Below are positions 28,097-37,298 of a stretch of DNA of 64,000 nucleotides, one piece after another. The notes under the pieces are model-generated. The model was given only the letters and a program-made list of their open reading frames with translations, searched no databases and was not told where the DNA came from. The first letter of the stretch is position 1, and every line of letters begins with the position of its first letter. The DNA is from Christensenella sp. UBA5327 (GTDB lineage Bacteria > Bacillota > Clostridia > Christensenellales > Aristaeellaceae), in contig DHQX01000015.1 in NCBI GenBank assembly GCA_002411105.1, positions 24,750 through 88,749 on the forward strand, read 5' to 3'. Position numbers and translations under genes: made by a program.

Positions 28097-28990
28097 CTAT
28101 GCCTCCCCGCCTTCTTCCAGGCTCACTGGCAGGTCAGTCTGGGCAAAGGGGTCCTCCTGGGTGTAAGCGGAGAGATCCACGCTGCCCCGGCGCGCGCCGG
28201 GGCGGCCTTGCCGGCTGGGGGCGGTGGAACGCACGATGGGGGTGTTGCCGGTGAGGTCAATCAGGGCCGATTCCCGCACCTGGGTGAGGGCGAAAACCAC
28301 GGTGCGCCGGGTGATGGAGCGCCGGGCATACTCATTGGCGATTTCCTGCCGGGTGCCAAAGTGCATGGGGAAAAACACCCGGGGGCGGAGGGCCATGATC
28401 AGGTGATTGGCCCCCGCGTCATAAAAGCCGCCCTGGTTGGGGTCCAGCGGAAAAAAGCAGATGTCCACCCTGTCCTTGGGGATGGCGGCCACCTTGTCGT
28501 AAAAGCTCTCCTCTGCACGGGCGATCTCCCGCAGGGTGTTTTCCTCGCGCCAGTGCCAGAGGTTCAGATCCCCCGCATGGAACACGCAGACATCCTCTGC
28601 CTCCACCATAAAGGAGACGCCGGCATCGGTGGAGCCAAAGACGCTGATGTTGGCCTGGGCGATGGAAAAACTGTCCCCTTCCTTGCAGTAGCGGATGCTG
28701 GGCATCTCAGGCGCGTTCTTCTTTGCATCCTGGGACAGGATATAGGTGATGGGGAAGGAGGACTTCCACTTGTAAATCACCTCATGGTCGTGGTGGGTGA
28801 GGGAGTTGTTGGGCACAAAGACCAGGATGTTGTTGAAGCCCTGAAAATCCTTCTCTCCCAGCTGCTGTTCCTCGGCCAGCTGGGAAAGGCCGGTCTGGCG
28901 GTAGCTGAACACCATCAGGGTCTTCTTCAGCGACACCGTGAAGGCGGACTGATAAAAATAGGTCACCAAAGCCTGTTTGGGCAAGGGCAC
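28097..28990 (-). CDS. MBL-fold (beta-lactamase superfamily) metallohydrolase, UlaG/YtkL-like
   Basis: SLTHHDHEV, VFHAGDLN and FFPMHFGT motifs. The exact start is uncertain: GTG 28990, or TTG 28984 after AAAGGAG. Confidence 0.6.
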   Translation of the reverse strand: MPLPKQALVTYFYQSAFTVSLKKTLMVFSYRQTGLSQLAEEQQLGEKDFQGFNNILVFVPNNSLTHHDHEVIYKWKSSFPITYILSQDAKKNAPEMPSIRYCKEGDSFSIAQANISVFGSTDAGVSFMVEAEDVCVFHAGDLNLWHWREENTLREIARAEESFYDKVAAIPKDRVDICFFPLDPNQGGFYDAGANHLIMALRPRVFFPMHFGTRQEIANEYARRSITRRTVVFALTQVRESALIDLTGNTPIVRSTAPSRQGRPGARRGSVDLSAYTQEDPFAQTDLPVSLEEGGEA

Positions 28991-29006
28991 ATGCTCCTTT
29001 CAGCTG

Positions 29007-30215
29007 TTATACAAAAAGCGCGTCAAGCGCTTGCCCCTGAGCCTGGGGCAGGTACAGGTGGATGGCCTGGGCCAGGGTGGGAGCGATGTCAACCAACTGG
29101 CAGCGCTCAAGGCGCGCTCCCCGCTGGAACATGGGCCCGGAGAGCCACATCAGGCAGTCAGCGCCCTCATGGTGCAGGCCAAATCCATGGGTTGCCTTGT
29201 GGCCGGGCTCGCAGTCATCCTCGGCGATCACAAAGCCCTCCTCAGGCTCCACCGCCAGCAGCACATCGTCCGGCGCGTGCATGGCGCGCAGCATCTCCCG
29301 GGTGTAGACCTGGCTGAGCCTGAGGTCCTCCATGTGGTGCTGCAGCGCCTGAAGCACCACGGGATAGTCCCCCCGGTGAATGCGCACATAGGCGCCCAGC
29401 CCCAGGGACTGGACACGGGCGGGAATGCCCTGCTCCTTAAACCAGGCGCCCAGCGCCACACAGCCGGTGATATCTGCCTGCCCGTGGTCACTCACCACAG
29501 CGATCACCGTGTCCTCATACAGCCCATTGGCCTTGAGGGCTTCTATGAGGCTGCCCACCCTGGCGTCAAGCCGGCTGAGGGATTCCTGGGCCTCCGGGCT
29601 GAAGGTACCATGGTGATGGCGGGTGCTGTCAGAGTCGGTGAGGTGAAGCGCCAGCACATCAGGCATCCGGGGCTGCTTTTCAATCAGGGAATTGGCCACC
29701 AGGGTGCTGTAATCATCCAGCTGCGGCTGGCTGATGCCCTGGCGGCGGCTGCCAAATCGCAGCTCTGTTCTGATCAGCCACCAGGCGCTGTGGCCGTACC
29801 GGATGGCCTTCATCACCTGGTTTTCCCCAGGCAGGGCCCGGACCTCCGCCATGTTATAGCGGATGTGCGGGCTGTGCCCGGTGGTGGGCCAGAGAATGGC
29901 GGCCACCTCCCGCCCCGCGCGGGCGGCCTGGCTGAAGAGGGTTTCCACCTGGATGTCCTTCTCCTCCCAGAACCAGGGGCGCTTTTCTGCGGGCAGATCA
30001 GGCGCGAAGGGCTCGTTGTGGGAGATGCCGTGCCGATCCGGATAGCAGCCGGTGATGAGGCTGGCATGGATGGGATAGGTGAGGGTGGGGTAGATGGTCT
30101 TCACCTGGCTGCAAAAAACGCCCCTGTCTGCAAGGGCGCCAAGGTTTGGCAGGGAGAGCAGATAGTCTGCGTCCCGGCTGTAAACCGCGTCCAAACTGAT
30201 TAGCAGCAGGCGCAT
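29007..30215 (-). CDS. Alkaline-phosphatase-superfamily nucleotide pyrophosphatase/phosphodiesterase (type I phosphodiesterase family)
   Basis: N-terminal LLLISLDAV...TIYPTLTYPIHASLITGCYPDRHGISHN carries the catalytic-Thr context, followed by VSDHGQ. Confidence 0.75.
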   Translation of the reverse strand: MRLLLISLDAVYSRDADYLLSLPNLGALADRGVFCSQVKTIYPTLTYPIHASLITGCYPDRHGISHNEPFAPDLPAEKRPWFWEEKDIQVETLFSQAARAGREVAAILWPTTGHSPHIRYNMAEVRALPGENQVMKAIRYGHSAWWLIRTELRFGSRRQGISQPQLDDYSTLVANSLIEKQPRMPDVLALHLTDSDSTRHHHGTFSPEAQESLSRLDARVGSLIEALKANGLYEDTVIAVVSDHGQADITGCVALGAWFKEQGIPARVQSLGLGAYVRIHRGDYPVVLQALQHHMEDLRLSQVYTREMLRAMHAPDDVLLAVEPEEGFVIAEDDCEPGHKATHGFGLHHEGADCLMWLSGPMFQRGARLERCQLVDIAPTLAQAIHLYLPQAQGQALDALFV

Positions 30216-30217
30216 GG

Positions 30218-30997
30218 CTATTTCCGCCAGCCGAAGAACTTGCTGATACCCCAGGTGCCAAAAATCCAGCCCAGGGGGCCGCAGCCGCGTTTTCTGCCGG
30301 TGGTGCGGTCCCTGCCAAAGAGCTTGAACAGGATAAAGCCGATGAGCGCGATCTGCCAGAGGCTCAGCCTGCTTCGGCCCCTGTCCCTGGTGTTTTGCTC
30401 ATATTGCTTTGCGTTGTCGCTGCTGCGCTCCCACTCCCTGAAGAAGCTGTCAAGCGGGTTAGGCGCCCGGGTGGGGTCAGGGACCATGGAGGGGTCGGAG
30501 GGCGTGCTGTCAAACAGCTCTTTGCTGCTCAGGCGCTGGCCTGAGGCGCTTTCCATCCGCACCACAAGCCCCGATATCAAAGCGCGCAGGGCGCCGTCAT
30601 AGTCCCGGTTGAGGTAGGGGGCGCGGAAGGTGCTGGCCAGGAGGTTGTTGACCGCGTCCAGGCCCAGGAGGGCCTGGGGCACCTCGCCCATGGAGATGGC
30701 GTAACGTTCCTCACCAATCACCATCACCAGCAGGATGGTGTTTTCAGGGCTTTCTGACTGGTTTTGCCGTGTTTCCTCAGCAAAGGAGGCGGCCTGTGCC
30801 CCGCCCAGGAAGTGCCGGGTGATCACCTGCAGGCGGATGTCAAGCTTGCGCTGGGTTTCTTCGTTCAGCTTCTGGATGCCGCTGATGAGCCCAGGGTCCA
30901 GGACCCCGGCGGCATCATTGACCACTGAGCTTGAGGAGGCCAGCGCCGGAGCCGCCACAAGGAGGAGCGCCAGAAGCAGAATCAGGGTTTTTTTCAT
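30218..30997 (-). CDS. TPM-domain (YgcG-like) protein with signal peptide and C-terminal TM/Gly-rich tail
   Basis: Signal peptide MKKTLILLLALLLVAAPALA. TPM-like VNDAAGVLDP...LQVITRHFLGG...ILLVMVIGERYAI. The tail is WQIALIGFILFKLFG...GWIFGTWGI. Confidence 0.7.
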   Translation of the reverse strand: MKKTLILLLALLLVAAPALASSSSVVNDAAGVLDPGLISGIQKLNEETQRKLDIRLQVITRHFLGGAQAASFAEETRQNQSESPENTILLVMVIGEERYAISMGEVPQALLGLDAVNNLLASTFRAPYLNRDYDGALRALISGLVVRMESASGQRLSSKELFDSTPSDPSMVPDPTRAPNPLDSFFREWERSSDNAKQYEQNTRDRGRSRLSLWQIALIGFILFKLFGRDRTTGRKRGCGPLGWIFGTWGISKFFGWRK

Positions 30998-31011
30998 GGC
31001 AGTGCCTCCTT

Positions 31012-31551
31012 TCAGGGGTTGAACAGCGGGGCAGCAGCAACGCCCAAAAACCGGGCGATCAAGCCTGAGAAGGTGCCGCTCAGGCGTTTGTTGTAGTCGG
31101 CGGCTGCCTCATTATAGCGCCCGGCGTCTGCCCACTGGGCGCTTTGGTCAAGCGCCTGGGGGAGGAGCCCGGTCACATAGCTCAGGTCGCGGCTGTCCTC
31201 CTGCACGGAGGGCAGGGCCTCCAGCGCCTTTAACAGGGCCTTGGCATCTGCTTCCAGTTGGGCGTTGGCCGCCATTTTCTGATGCCACAGGCCCTGGGCG
31301 GACAGGCTGGAGACATCCTTAGCCACCGCCTCAAGCAGCGCATCCCCCTGGGGCAAATGGCGCCTGGCCACGGTGAGCAGGTTGTTGCCGGTCTCCACCC
31401 GGCTGCCGATCACCGCATCCAGGGAGCCCAGGGCGCTTTCTACCTGGGCCTTTTCCTCGCGGAAGCCGCGCACAGCCCCGATGGAGAGGCTTGCGGCAAC
31501 CAGCGCCAGAAGGATCACCAGGCCCAGGAAGTAGGCAGGGGTTTTGCGCAT
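31012..31551 (-). CDS. Divergent LemA-family membrane-anchored protein
   Basis: N-terminal TM. C-terminal AGRYNEAAADYNKRLSGTFSGLIARFLG matches the LemA R..YN....YN...P motif only loosely. Sits directly upstream of a TPM gene, the classical LemA-TPM arrangement. Confidence 0.55.
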   Translation of the reverse strand: MRKTPAYFLGLVILLALVAASLSIGAVRGFREEKAQVESALGSLDAVIGSRVETGNNLLTVARRHLPQGDALLEAVAKDVSSLSAQGLWHQKMAANAQLEADAKALLKALEALPSVQEDSRDLSYVTGLLPQALDQSAQWADAGRYNEAAADYNKRLSGTFSGLIARFLGVAAAPLFNP

Positions 31552-31563
31552 TGATAGGCTCCT

Positions 31564-32847
31564 TTATCCGTTGATCAGGCGCTGTTTGAGCTCGTTTTCC
31601 ATCTTGGCCAGGGTCTTCTCGGCCTCGGCGCGCTTCTGGCGGCCTTCGGTCTGGATGCGGACCACCTCGTTCATGGTGTCGATGAGGGACTTGTTGGTCT
31701 GCACCAGGGTTTCGATGTCGATGATGCCGCGCTCGGCCTCCTGGGCAGTTTCAATGGTGCCCTGCTTCAGGGTTTCTGCGTTTTTCTTGAGCAACTCATT
31801 GGTCATGTCGGTGACCGCCCGCTGGGCGCGCATGGCCTGCTGGGAGTGCTGCATGCCAATGGCCAACACCATCTGGTTTTTCCACAGCGGCAGGGTGTTG
31901 ACCAGCGTGGACTGGATGCGCTCAATGAGCAGGGAGTTGTTGTTTTGAAGGAGCCTGATCTGGGGCGCCATCTGCAGGGAAATCTGCCGGGTGAGCTTCA
32001 GGTCGTGGAGTTTTTTCTCAAAGCGGTCGGCCGCCTGCTCCAGGTCGCTGGCTTTCTGGGCGTCCAGGGTGTCCCCGCTCTGCTGGGCATGGGCCTTGAG
32101 CTGGGCGATGTCATTGGCCCGCACCTGAGCCAGCTTTTTTTCACCGGCGATGATATACATGGTGAGCTCTTTAAAGTAAGTGAGGTTCATCTCGTAGAGG
32201 TGATTAAACATGGACACGTCTTTGAGCAGCTGCACCTGGTGGGTCTCCAGGGTGCCGGCGATGTTGGCCACGTTGCCTGACATATCATCAAAGCGGGACT
32301 GCACCTGCGCGATGTGCCGCTCAGCCGAGGTGAACAGCGCCCGCAGGCCCTTGGGCTTCTCAGCGGAGGTCTCAAAGCTCTTCAGCTCACCGATGAGCTT
32401 GGTGAGGTTGTCGCCCACATCGCCCGCGTCGGTGTTTTTCACTTCAGCCAGGATGGAATCGGCGAAATTGGAGACTTTTTTCTGCGCCTCAGCGCCATAG
32501 AGCATCACATGCTGAGGGTTCGCCACATCGATTTTCTGGGCGAACTCGTCCACCGCCTTGCGCTCCTCCGGGGTGAGGGCGCTGTCCAGGTCGCTGGCCA
32601 GCTTGGCCTGCACATCAGGCGCCTGAGGGGTCTCCGCCTGGGCCTTTTCCAGTTGGTCAATCACCGCTTCAACCTTCTCCCGGTCAGCGGTTTCAGTGCT
32701 CAATACCAACTCCGGCAGCGGCTGGCTGGCGGCATCCTCCACGGCGCTGATGGCCTGGGCAGCTGCCTGAGCGGTTTGCTTCAGCGCGGCATTGGCGTCC
32801 TGGACGATAGGCTCCTGCTTGGCGGTTTCATTTTTCTGTTCTGACAT
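31564..32847 (-). CDS. TelA-family toxic anion resistance protein (B. subtilis YaaN-like)
   Basis: 427 aa, an all-helical, coiled-coil-rich sequence with TelA-like blocks (VSNFADSILAEVK, LTKLIGELKSF, HLYEMNLTYFKELTMYIIAGE). Follows an XpaC-like gene, as in B. subtilis. Confidence 0.7.
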   Translation of the reverse strand: MSEQKNETAKQEPIVQDANAALKQTAQAAAQAISAVEDAASQPLPELVLSTETADREKVEAVIDQLEKAQAETPQAPDVQAKLASDLDSALTPEERKAVDEFAQKIDVANPQHVMLYGAEAQKKVSNFADSILAEVKNTDAGDVGDNLTKLIGELKSFETSAEKPKGLRALFTSAERHIAQVQSRFDDMSGNVANIAGTLETHQVQLLKDVSMFNHLYEMNLTYFKELTMYIIAGEKKLAQVRANDIAQLKAHAQQSGDTLDAQKASDLEQAADRFEKKLHDLKLTRQISLQMAPQIRLLQNNNSLLIERIQSTLVNTLPLWKNQMVLAIGMQHSQQAMRAQRAVTDMTNELLKKNAETLKQGTIETAQEAERGIIDIETLVQTNKSLIDTMNEVVRIQTEGRQKRAEAEKTLAKMENELKQRLING

Positions 32848-32851
32848 GGGT

Positions 32852-33577
32852 TTAACCCTCCTTCATTTGCTGCGCCTGGGCCCCGCCCTGGGCATGTGTG
32901 GTGGTATTTATCTTAAAATCACTGCCCAAGAGGCTGTCCTGCTTGAGCATGGCTTCCAGCACGTCGATGTCGGTGGTGATGTCCAGCATATCGTTCTGAT
33001 ACAGCGTCTCCAACTGTTTGCCAAAGGCCCCCAGCACCACATCCATGGCATCGGTGATGCGGGCCTTGGTGTTGCGGGCGCTTTGCCCTGAAACGCCGGA
33101 TTGCTGGAGCTTGCGGTAGCCGGTGAGCATCTTGAGGGTGGTGGGCAGGTAATAATCCATAAACCGCCTGATCTGGGGTGCCTTTTCCGGCTGGTCGATC
33201 ACGGTCTGGAAGATGCGGGTGGCGATGCCGTCAAGTTGCACGATTTTCTCTGACAGCTCAGGGTCCGGGATCATCTCATCCTCTTTGCGGATATCCTGGA
33301 GCATCTGCTGCCCCCTGGCCACCAGCTGGTCCACTGCGCTGTTGCCGGTAAGGGGCAGATCCTCCATGGAGGCGGCTTTCTGGGAGGTGTCAAGGCCGGA
33401 AAACATGATGTAGGCTACACGCCCCAGCAGCAGCGCCAGAGCGCCGCCGATGATGTAATGGTTCCACCGGTAGAAGGGGAACAGCAGGGAATAGCCCAGA
33501 AGCGTCGCCCCGCCTGCCAGGAGTGACGCAAAAAAACCCTTCACCGGGTTGGGGTTTCGCTTGTTCTTGCGGGCCAT
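32852..33577 (-). CDS. XpaC-like (5-bromo-4-chloroindolyl phosphate hydrolysis protein family) membrane protein
   Basis: Start at ATG 33577 (MARKNKRNPNPVKG) behind AAAGGGGAAG. Two N-terminal TMs then a helical cytoplasmic part. Ends 4 nt upstream of the telA-like start. Confidence 0.6.
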   Translation of the reverse strand: MARKNKRNPNPVKGFFASLLAGGATLLGYSLLFPFYRWNHYIIGGALALLLGRVAYIMFSGLDTSQKAASMEDLPLTGNSAVDQLVARGQQMLQDIRKEDEMIPDPELSEKIVQLDGIATRIFQTVIDQPEKAPQIRRFMDYYLPTTLKMLTGYRKLQQSGVSGQSARNTKARITDAMDVVLGAFGKQLETLYQNDMLDITTDIDVLEAMLKQDSLLGSDFKINTTTHAQGGAQAQQMKEG

Positions 33578-33735
33578 GTGCTTCCCCTTTCTTGAAAAAC
33601 GGCCTGATGACAAAGGCTTCAACACTCAAATTATATCATACCCGGCTTATGGCGGACAAATTAAAATTCCCTCATCTTGCCGATTATGCTATACTGCATA
33701 ATGGTGACAAAAATGCGTGAAATAGTGGAGGACTT

Positions 33736-34455
33736 ATGATCAGGATCGGGCTTAGCACCAATCAGGATACCCCTGGCAGCCGGGACTGTATGCCGCCGGA
33801 CTACATCTCGGCTGTGCTGCGCGCGGGCGCGCTGCCGCTGATCTTTCCGCTGCTGCCTGAAGGCCATGCCCAGTATGAGGGGCTGGTGGCAGGGCTGGTG
33901 GACAGCGTTGACGCCATCATCTTCACCGGCGGGCCGGATTTTGATCCGGCGCTCTATGGGCAGGAAAAGCACGCAGCCTGTGGCTCTATCCATCCGGCCC
34001 GGGACACGGTGGACCTGGCGCTGGTGCGGGCCGCTTTGAAAGCTGGCAAGCCCATCCTGGGCATCTGCCGGGGGCTTCAGCTGATCAACGTAGCCCTGGG
34101 CGGCACCCTGTATCAGGACCTGCCGGCCCAGATGGAGCTGCCCATTGACCATGACAACAAAAAAGAGGATCTTGAAGTGCACACCGTGGAGCTGGTGCCG
34201 GATACCTTGCTGCGCCGCATCACGGGGATGGACGCCTTCCCCGTCAACTCCCGCCACCACCAGGCCATCGACCGCCTGGGGGAGGGGCTGCGCATCTGCG
34301 CCAGGAGCTCTGACGGGCTGATTGAGGCCATCGAGTTTGAAAACGGCTACCCTGGCCTGGCCCTGCAGTGGCACCCGGAAAACCTGGCGGCCCAGCGGAC
34401 TGATCAGCAGGCCCTCTTCCACTGGCTGGCGGGCGTGGCGGAGCAGCGCCAGTGA
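33736..34455 (+). CDS. Class I glutamine amidotransferase / peptidase C26 (gamma-glutamyl-GABA hydrolase family)
   Basis: GICRGLQLINVALGG (nucleophile Cys), NSRHHQAI, LQWHPE. Confidence 0.8.
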   Translation: MIRIGLSTNQDTPGSRDCMPPDYISAVLRAGALPLIFPLLPEGHAQYEGLVAGLVDSVDAIIFTGGPDFDPALYGQEKHAACGSIHPARDTVDLALVRAALKAGKPILGICRGLQLINVALGGTLYQDLPAQMELPIDHDNKKEDLEVHTVELVPDTLLRRITGMDAFPVNSRHHQAIDRLGEGLRICARSSDGLIEAIEFENGYPGLALQWHPENLAAQRTDQQALFHWLAGVAEQRQ

Positions 34456-35171
34456 AAATCGCCCTGGTGAGTGACCTTCATGGCAACATGACCGCCGTGA
34501 AGGCGCTTGAAGAGGACCTGGCGCGGCGGGGGATTGACGCCATCTGGTGCCTGGGTGACGTCGTGGGAAAGGGCCCGAACTCACACCTCACCTTTGACTG
34601 GGCGATCAGGCACTGCGCGTTCATCCTCAGGGGCAACTGGGATGAGGGCATCGGGCTGCGGGAGTTCAAGCGGGACGGCTTTTACTATGAGCAGCTGGGT
34701 GAGGCGCGGATGGCCGCGCTGCTCAATTTCCCCCTGGAAAAGCATGTGATGGTGTCCGGCCGCTGGATACGCCTCATCCATGGCCGGCCTGTGATGCCGC
34801 GGCTGCAGTATATCCAGGACCCGCGCGACACGCTGCTCCCCTTGCTTGAACCTGATTTTGACCTGATGATCTACGGTGACTGCCACCGCCAGGGCCTGCG
34901 CACCATCTCTGGCCAGGTTGCCAACATCGGCTCAGTGGGCAACGCCCTGGGCATTCCCATGGTGCAGTATGCCATCCTTGAAGGGGAAATGGGAGAGACC
35001 CTGGCTCCCCTTGACCTCACTTATGTGACCTTGCCCTATGACAACCAGGCCGCTGTGGCGGAGACCCTGGCGCAGCCCGGGTTGCCTGACGGTGACGCCT
35101 TTATCGTGGAACTGACAACCGGGGTCTATTCCCGGAAGAAAGGCAGCTTTAAGAAAAAGGAGGAGCTATGA
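34452..35171 (+). CDS. Metallophosphoesterase family protein
   Basis: IALVSDLHGN, CLGDVVGKGP, LRGNWD and LIHG motifs. The GTG start overlaps the upstream TGA. Confidence 0.75.
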   Translation: MKIALVSDLHGNMTAVKALEEDLARRGIDAIWCLGDVVGKGPNSHLTFDWAIRHCAFILRGNWDEGIGLREFKRDGFYYEQLGEARMAALLNFPLEKHVMVSGRWIRLIHGRPVMPRLQYIQDPRDTLLPLLEPDFDLMIYGDCHRQGLRTISGQVANIGSVGNALGIPMVQYAILEGEMGETLAPLDLTYVTLPYDNQAAVAETLAQPGLPDGDAFIVELTTGVYSRKKGSFKKKEEL

Positions 35172-35881
35172 ACCAGACACCCACGCTTCATAACAGCGCA
35201 GCCAAGGGCGACTTCGCCCGCACCGTCCTCATGCCGGGGGATCCGCTGCGCGCACGGTTTATCGCGCAGACTTATCTGGAAAAGGCCCAGCTGGTCAACG
35301 ATGTCAGGGGCATCCAGGGCTATACCGGGGAATATAAGGGCAAGCGCGTGTCCGTCATGGCCTCGGGCATGGGCATCCCCACCATGGGAATCTACTCCTA
35401 TGAGCTGTTCAACTTCTATGGCGTGGAGCAGATCATTCGCGTTGGCAGCGCCGGCGCTATCAACCAGGGGCTGAAACTGCGGGATGTGGTGATGGGGATG
35501 AGCGCCTACAGCAACTCCGCCTACGGCGTCCAGTTTGGCTTTCAGGGCAACCTCGCCCCCTGCGCTGATTTTGGGCTGATGATGGCGGCTTACCAGGCAG
35601 CTGAGAAGATGAACCTGACGCTCAAAGCCGGGCCGGTCTATTCATCGGACAGCTTTTATGACCAAAGCCAGATGAAACCCATTGACGCGCTTGAAAACCT
35701 GGGCGTGTTGGCGGTGGAGATGGAGGCCTATGGCCTTTACCTCAATGCCGCCCGGGCAGGGAAAAAAGCGTTGGCGCTGCTCACCATCTCCGATAACCCC
35801 AAAACCGGGGAGAGTGTCACCAGCCAGGAGGCCCGGGAAACCTTCACCCAGATGATGGAGATCGCCCTGGAGATCGCCTGA
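35168..35881 (+). CDS. deoD: Purine nucleoside phosphorylase, DeoD type
   Basis: TPTLHNSAAKGDFARTVLMPGDPLRA, VMASGMGIPTMGIYSYEL, LAVEMEA. Confidence 0.9.
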   Translation: MNQTPTLHNSAAKGDFARTVLMPGDPLRARFIAQTYLEKAQLVNDVRGIQGYTGEYKGKRVSVMASGMGIPTMGIYSYELFNFYGVEQIIRVGSAGAINQGLKLRDVVMGMSAYSNSAYGVQFGFQGNLAPCADFGLMMAAYQAAEKMNLTLKAGPVYSSDSFYDQSQMKPIDALENLGVLAVEMEAYGLYLNAARAGKKALALLTISDNPKTGESVTSQEARETFTQMMEIALEIA

Positions 35882-36309
35882 TGAAACTGCTGGTGAGCGC
35901 CTGCCTGATGGGGCTTTGCACCCGCTTTGACGGGGAGAGCAAGGCGAACAGCCAGGTGCTGGCGCTGGCGGGAGGCCACAGCCTGATTCCTGTGTGCCCG
36001 GAACAGCTGGGCGGGCTGCCCACGCCAAGACCGGCCAGCGAATTGCGGGGTGGCAGGGTGATCAACCGCCTGGGGGTGGATGTGACAGCGGCCTTCGTCC
36101 GGGGTGCTGAGGAAGCCTGCCAGGTATACCGCTTATGCGGGTGCGAGGCGGCGGTGCTGAAGCTGCGTAGCCCCTCATGCGGAAAAGGGCTGGTCTATGA
36201 CGGCAGTTTTTCCGGAACCCTGACTGCGGGTGACGGCGTGTTCGCTGCCCTTCTGAAAGCCCGGGGCGTTGCTGTGTACGGCGAGGACGAAACCCACCTG
36301 ATGGAATAA
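35881..36309 (+). CDS. DUF523 family protein (YbbK/TudS-like, putative [4Fe-4S] thiouracil desulfidase family)
   Basis: LVSACLMGLCTRFDG...PVCPEQLGGLPTPRP...LKLRSPSCG Cys pattern. The ATG overlaps the deoD stop (TGATG). Confidence 0.7.
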   Translation: MKLLVSACLMGLCTRFDGESKANSQVLALAGGHSLIPVCPEQLGGLPTPRPASELRGGRVINRLGVDVTAAFVRGAEEACQVYRLCGCEAAVLKLRSPSCGKGLVYDGSFSGTLTAGDGVFAALLKARGVAVYGEDETHLME

Positions 36310-36338
36310 TAAAACAGAATAAGTGCATTAATTCTCTT

Positions 36339-36366
36339 CGCCCGCTGTGCTTCGGCGGGCGGTTTT
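36339..36366 (+). terminator. Rho-independent terminator after the DUF523 gene
   Basis: CGCCCGC (36339-36345) / GCGGGCG (36355-36361), followed by GTTTT. Confidence 0.6.
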
Positions 36367-36415
36367 GTGCTATTATGCGGCATCGGCCACAGCCGAAATA
36401 AGGAAGAAAGAGGGT

Positions 36416-37219
36416 ATGGTCATGAAACGGTGCCTGACACTCGTCCTTGCGCTGGCGATGCTCCTGAGCCTGTCCATCTCCGCCGCGGCGGAAGAGGACA
36501 AATCGCTGCAGGATATCCTGGACAAGGGCAAACTCATTCTGGGGCTGGATGCGAGCTTCCCGCCCATGGGCTTCGTCGATGCTGATACCGGAGAAATCGT
36601 GGGTTTTGACATCGATCTCGCCAAGGAAGTCTGCGCCCGCCTGGGCGTGGAACTGGTCTGCCAGCCAATCGACTGGGCTGCAAAAGAAATGGAACTCAAC
36701 GCCCATCATATCGACTGTATCTGGAACGGCATGACCATCACCCCTGAGCGGCTGGAGAACATGTCCATTTCCCTGCCGTATCTGAAAAATGACCAGGTGC
36801 TGGTGACCCGCACCGCGGACGGCTATAAAACGCTTTCAGACCTGGCCGGCAAGAAACTGGGCATCCAGGCCGGGTCCTCCGCCAATGACGCCTTGGACGG
36901 TACGGCTGAGTTCAAGGCCACCTTAGGTGAGATCATCCCCTTTGAGGAGAATCTTACAGCCCTGATGGATCTGAACCAGGGCGGGCTTGATACAGTGTTG
37001 GTGGATGTGATTGTGGCCAACTACTACATGACGGTCAACAGCTATCCCTTCACCATCCTGAAGGAATCCCTGGCGCCTGAGGAATATGGCATCGGCTTCC
37101 GCAAGGGGGATGCAGCGCTGTGCAAAAAGGTGAACGAAATTCTGCTGGCAATGCGGGAAGACGGCACCCTGGCCAAGATCAGCAACGACTGGTTTGGAAC
37201 CGACATCACCATTATTTGA
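36416..37219 (+). CDS. Amino acid ABC transporter substrate-binding protein (family 3)
   Basis: Signal peptide MVMKRCLTLVLALAMLLSLSISAAA. Also LILGLDASFPPMGF, GFDIDLAKEV and DCIWNGMTIT. Confidence 0.85.
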   Translation: MVMKRCLTLVLALAMLLSLSISAAAEEDKSLQDILDKGKLILGLDASFPPMGFVDADTGEIVGFDIDLAKEVCARLGVELVCQPIDWAAKEMELNAHHIDCIWNGMTITPERLENMSISLPYLKNDQVLVTRTADGYKTLSDLAGKKLGIQAGSSANDALDGTAEFKATLGEIIPFEENLTALMDLNQGGLDTVLVDVIVANYYMTVNSYPFTILKESLAPEEYGIGFRKGDAALCKKVNEILLAMREDGTLAKISNDWFGTDITII

Positions 37220-37241
37220 TCTGACATAGTTTTCGGAGGGT

Positions 37242-37272
37242 GTGGGGAACCCTTTTGATAAGGGGTTCCCCA
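37242..37272 (+). other. Intercistronic stem-loop between the binding-protein and permease genes
   Basis: GTGGGGAACCC ... GGGTTCCCCAC inverted repeat. Confidence 0.5.
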
Positions 37273-37298
37273 CCTCCATCCTGAAAGGTATCCACACC

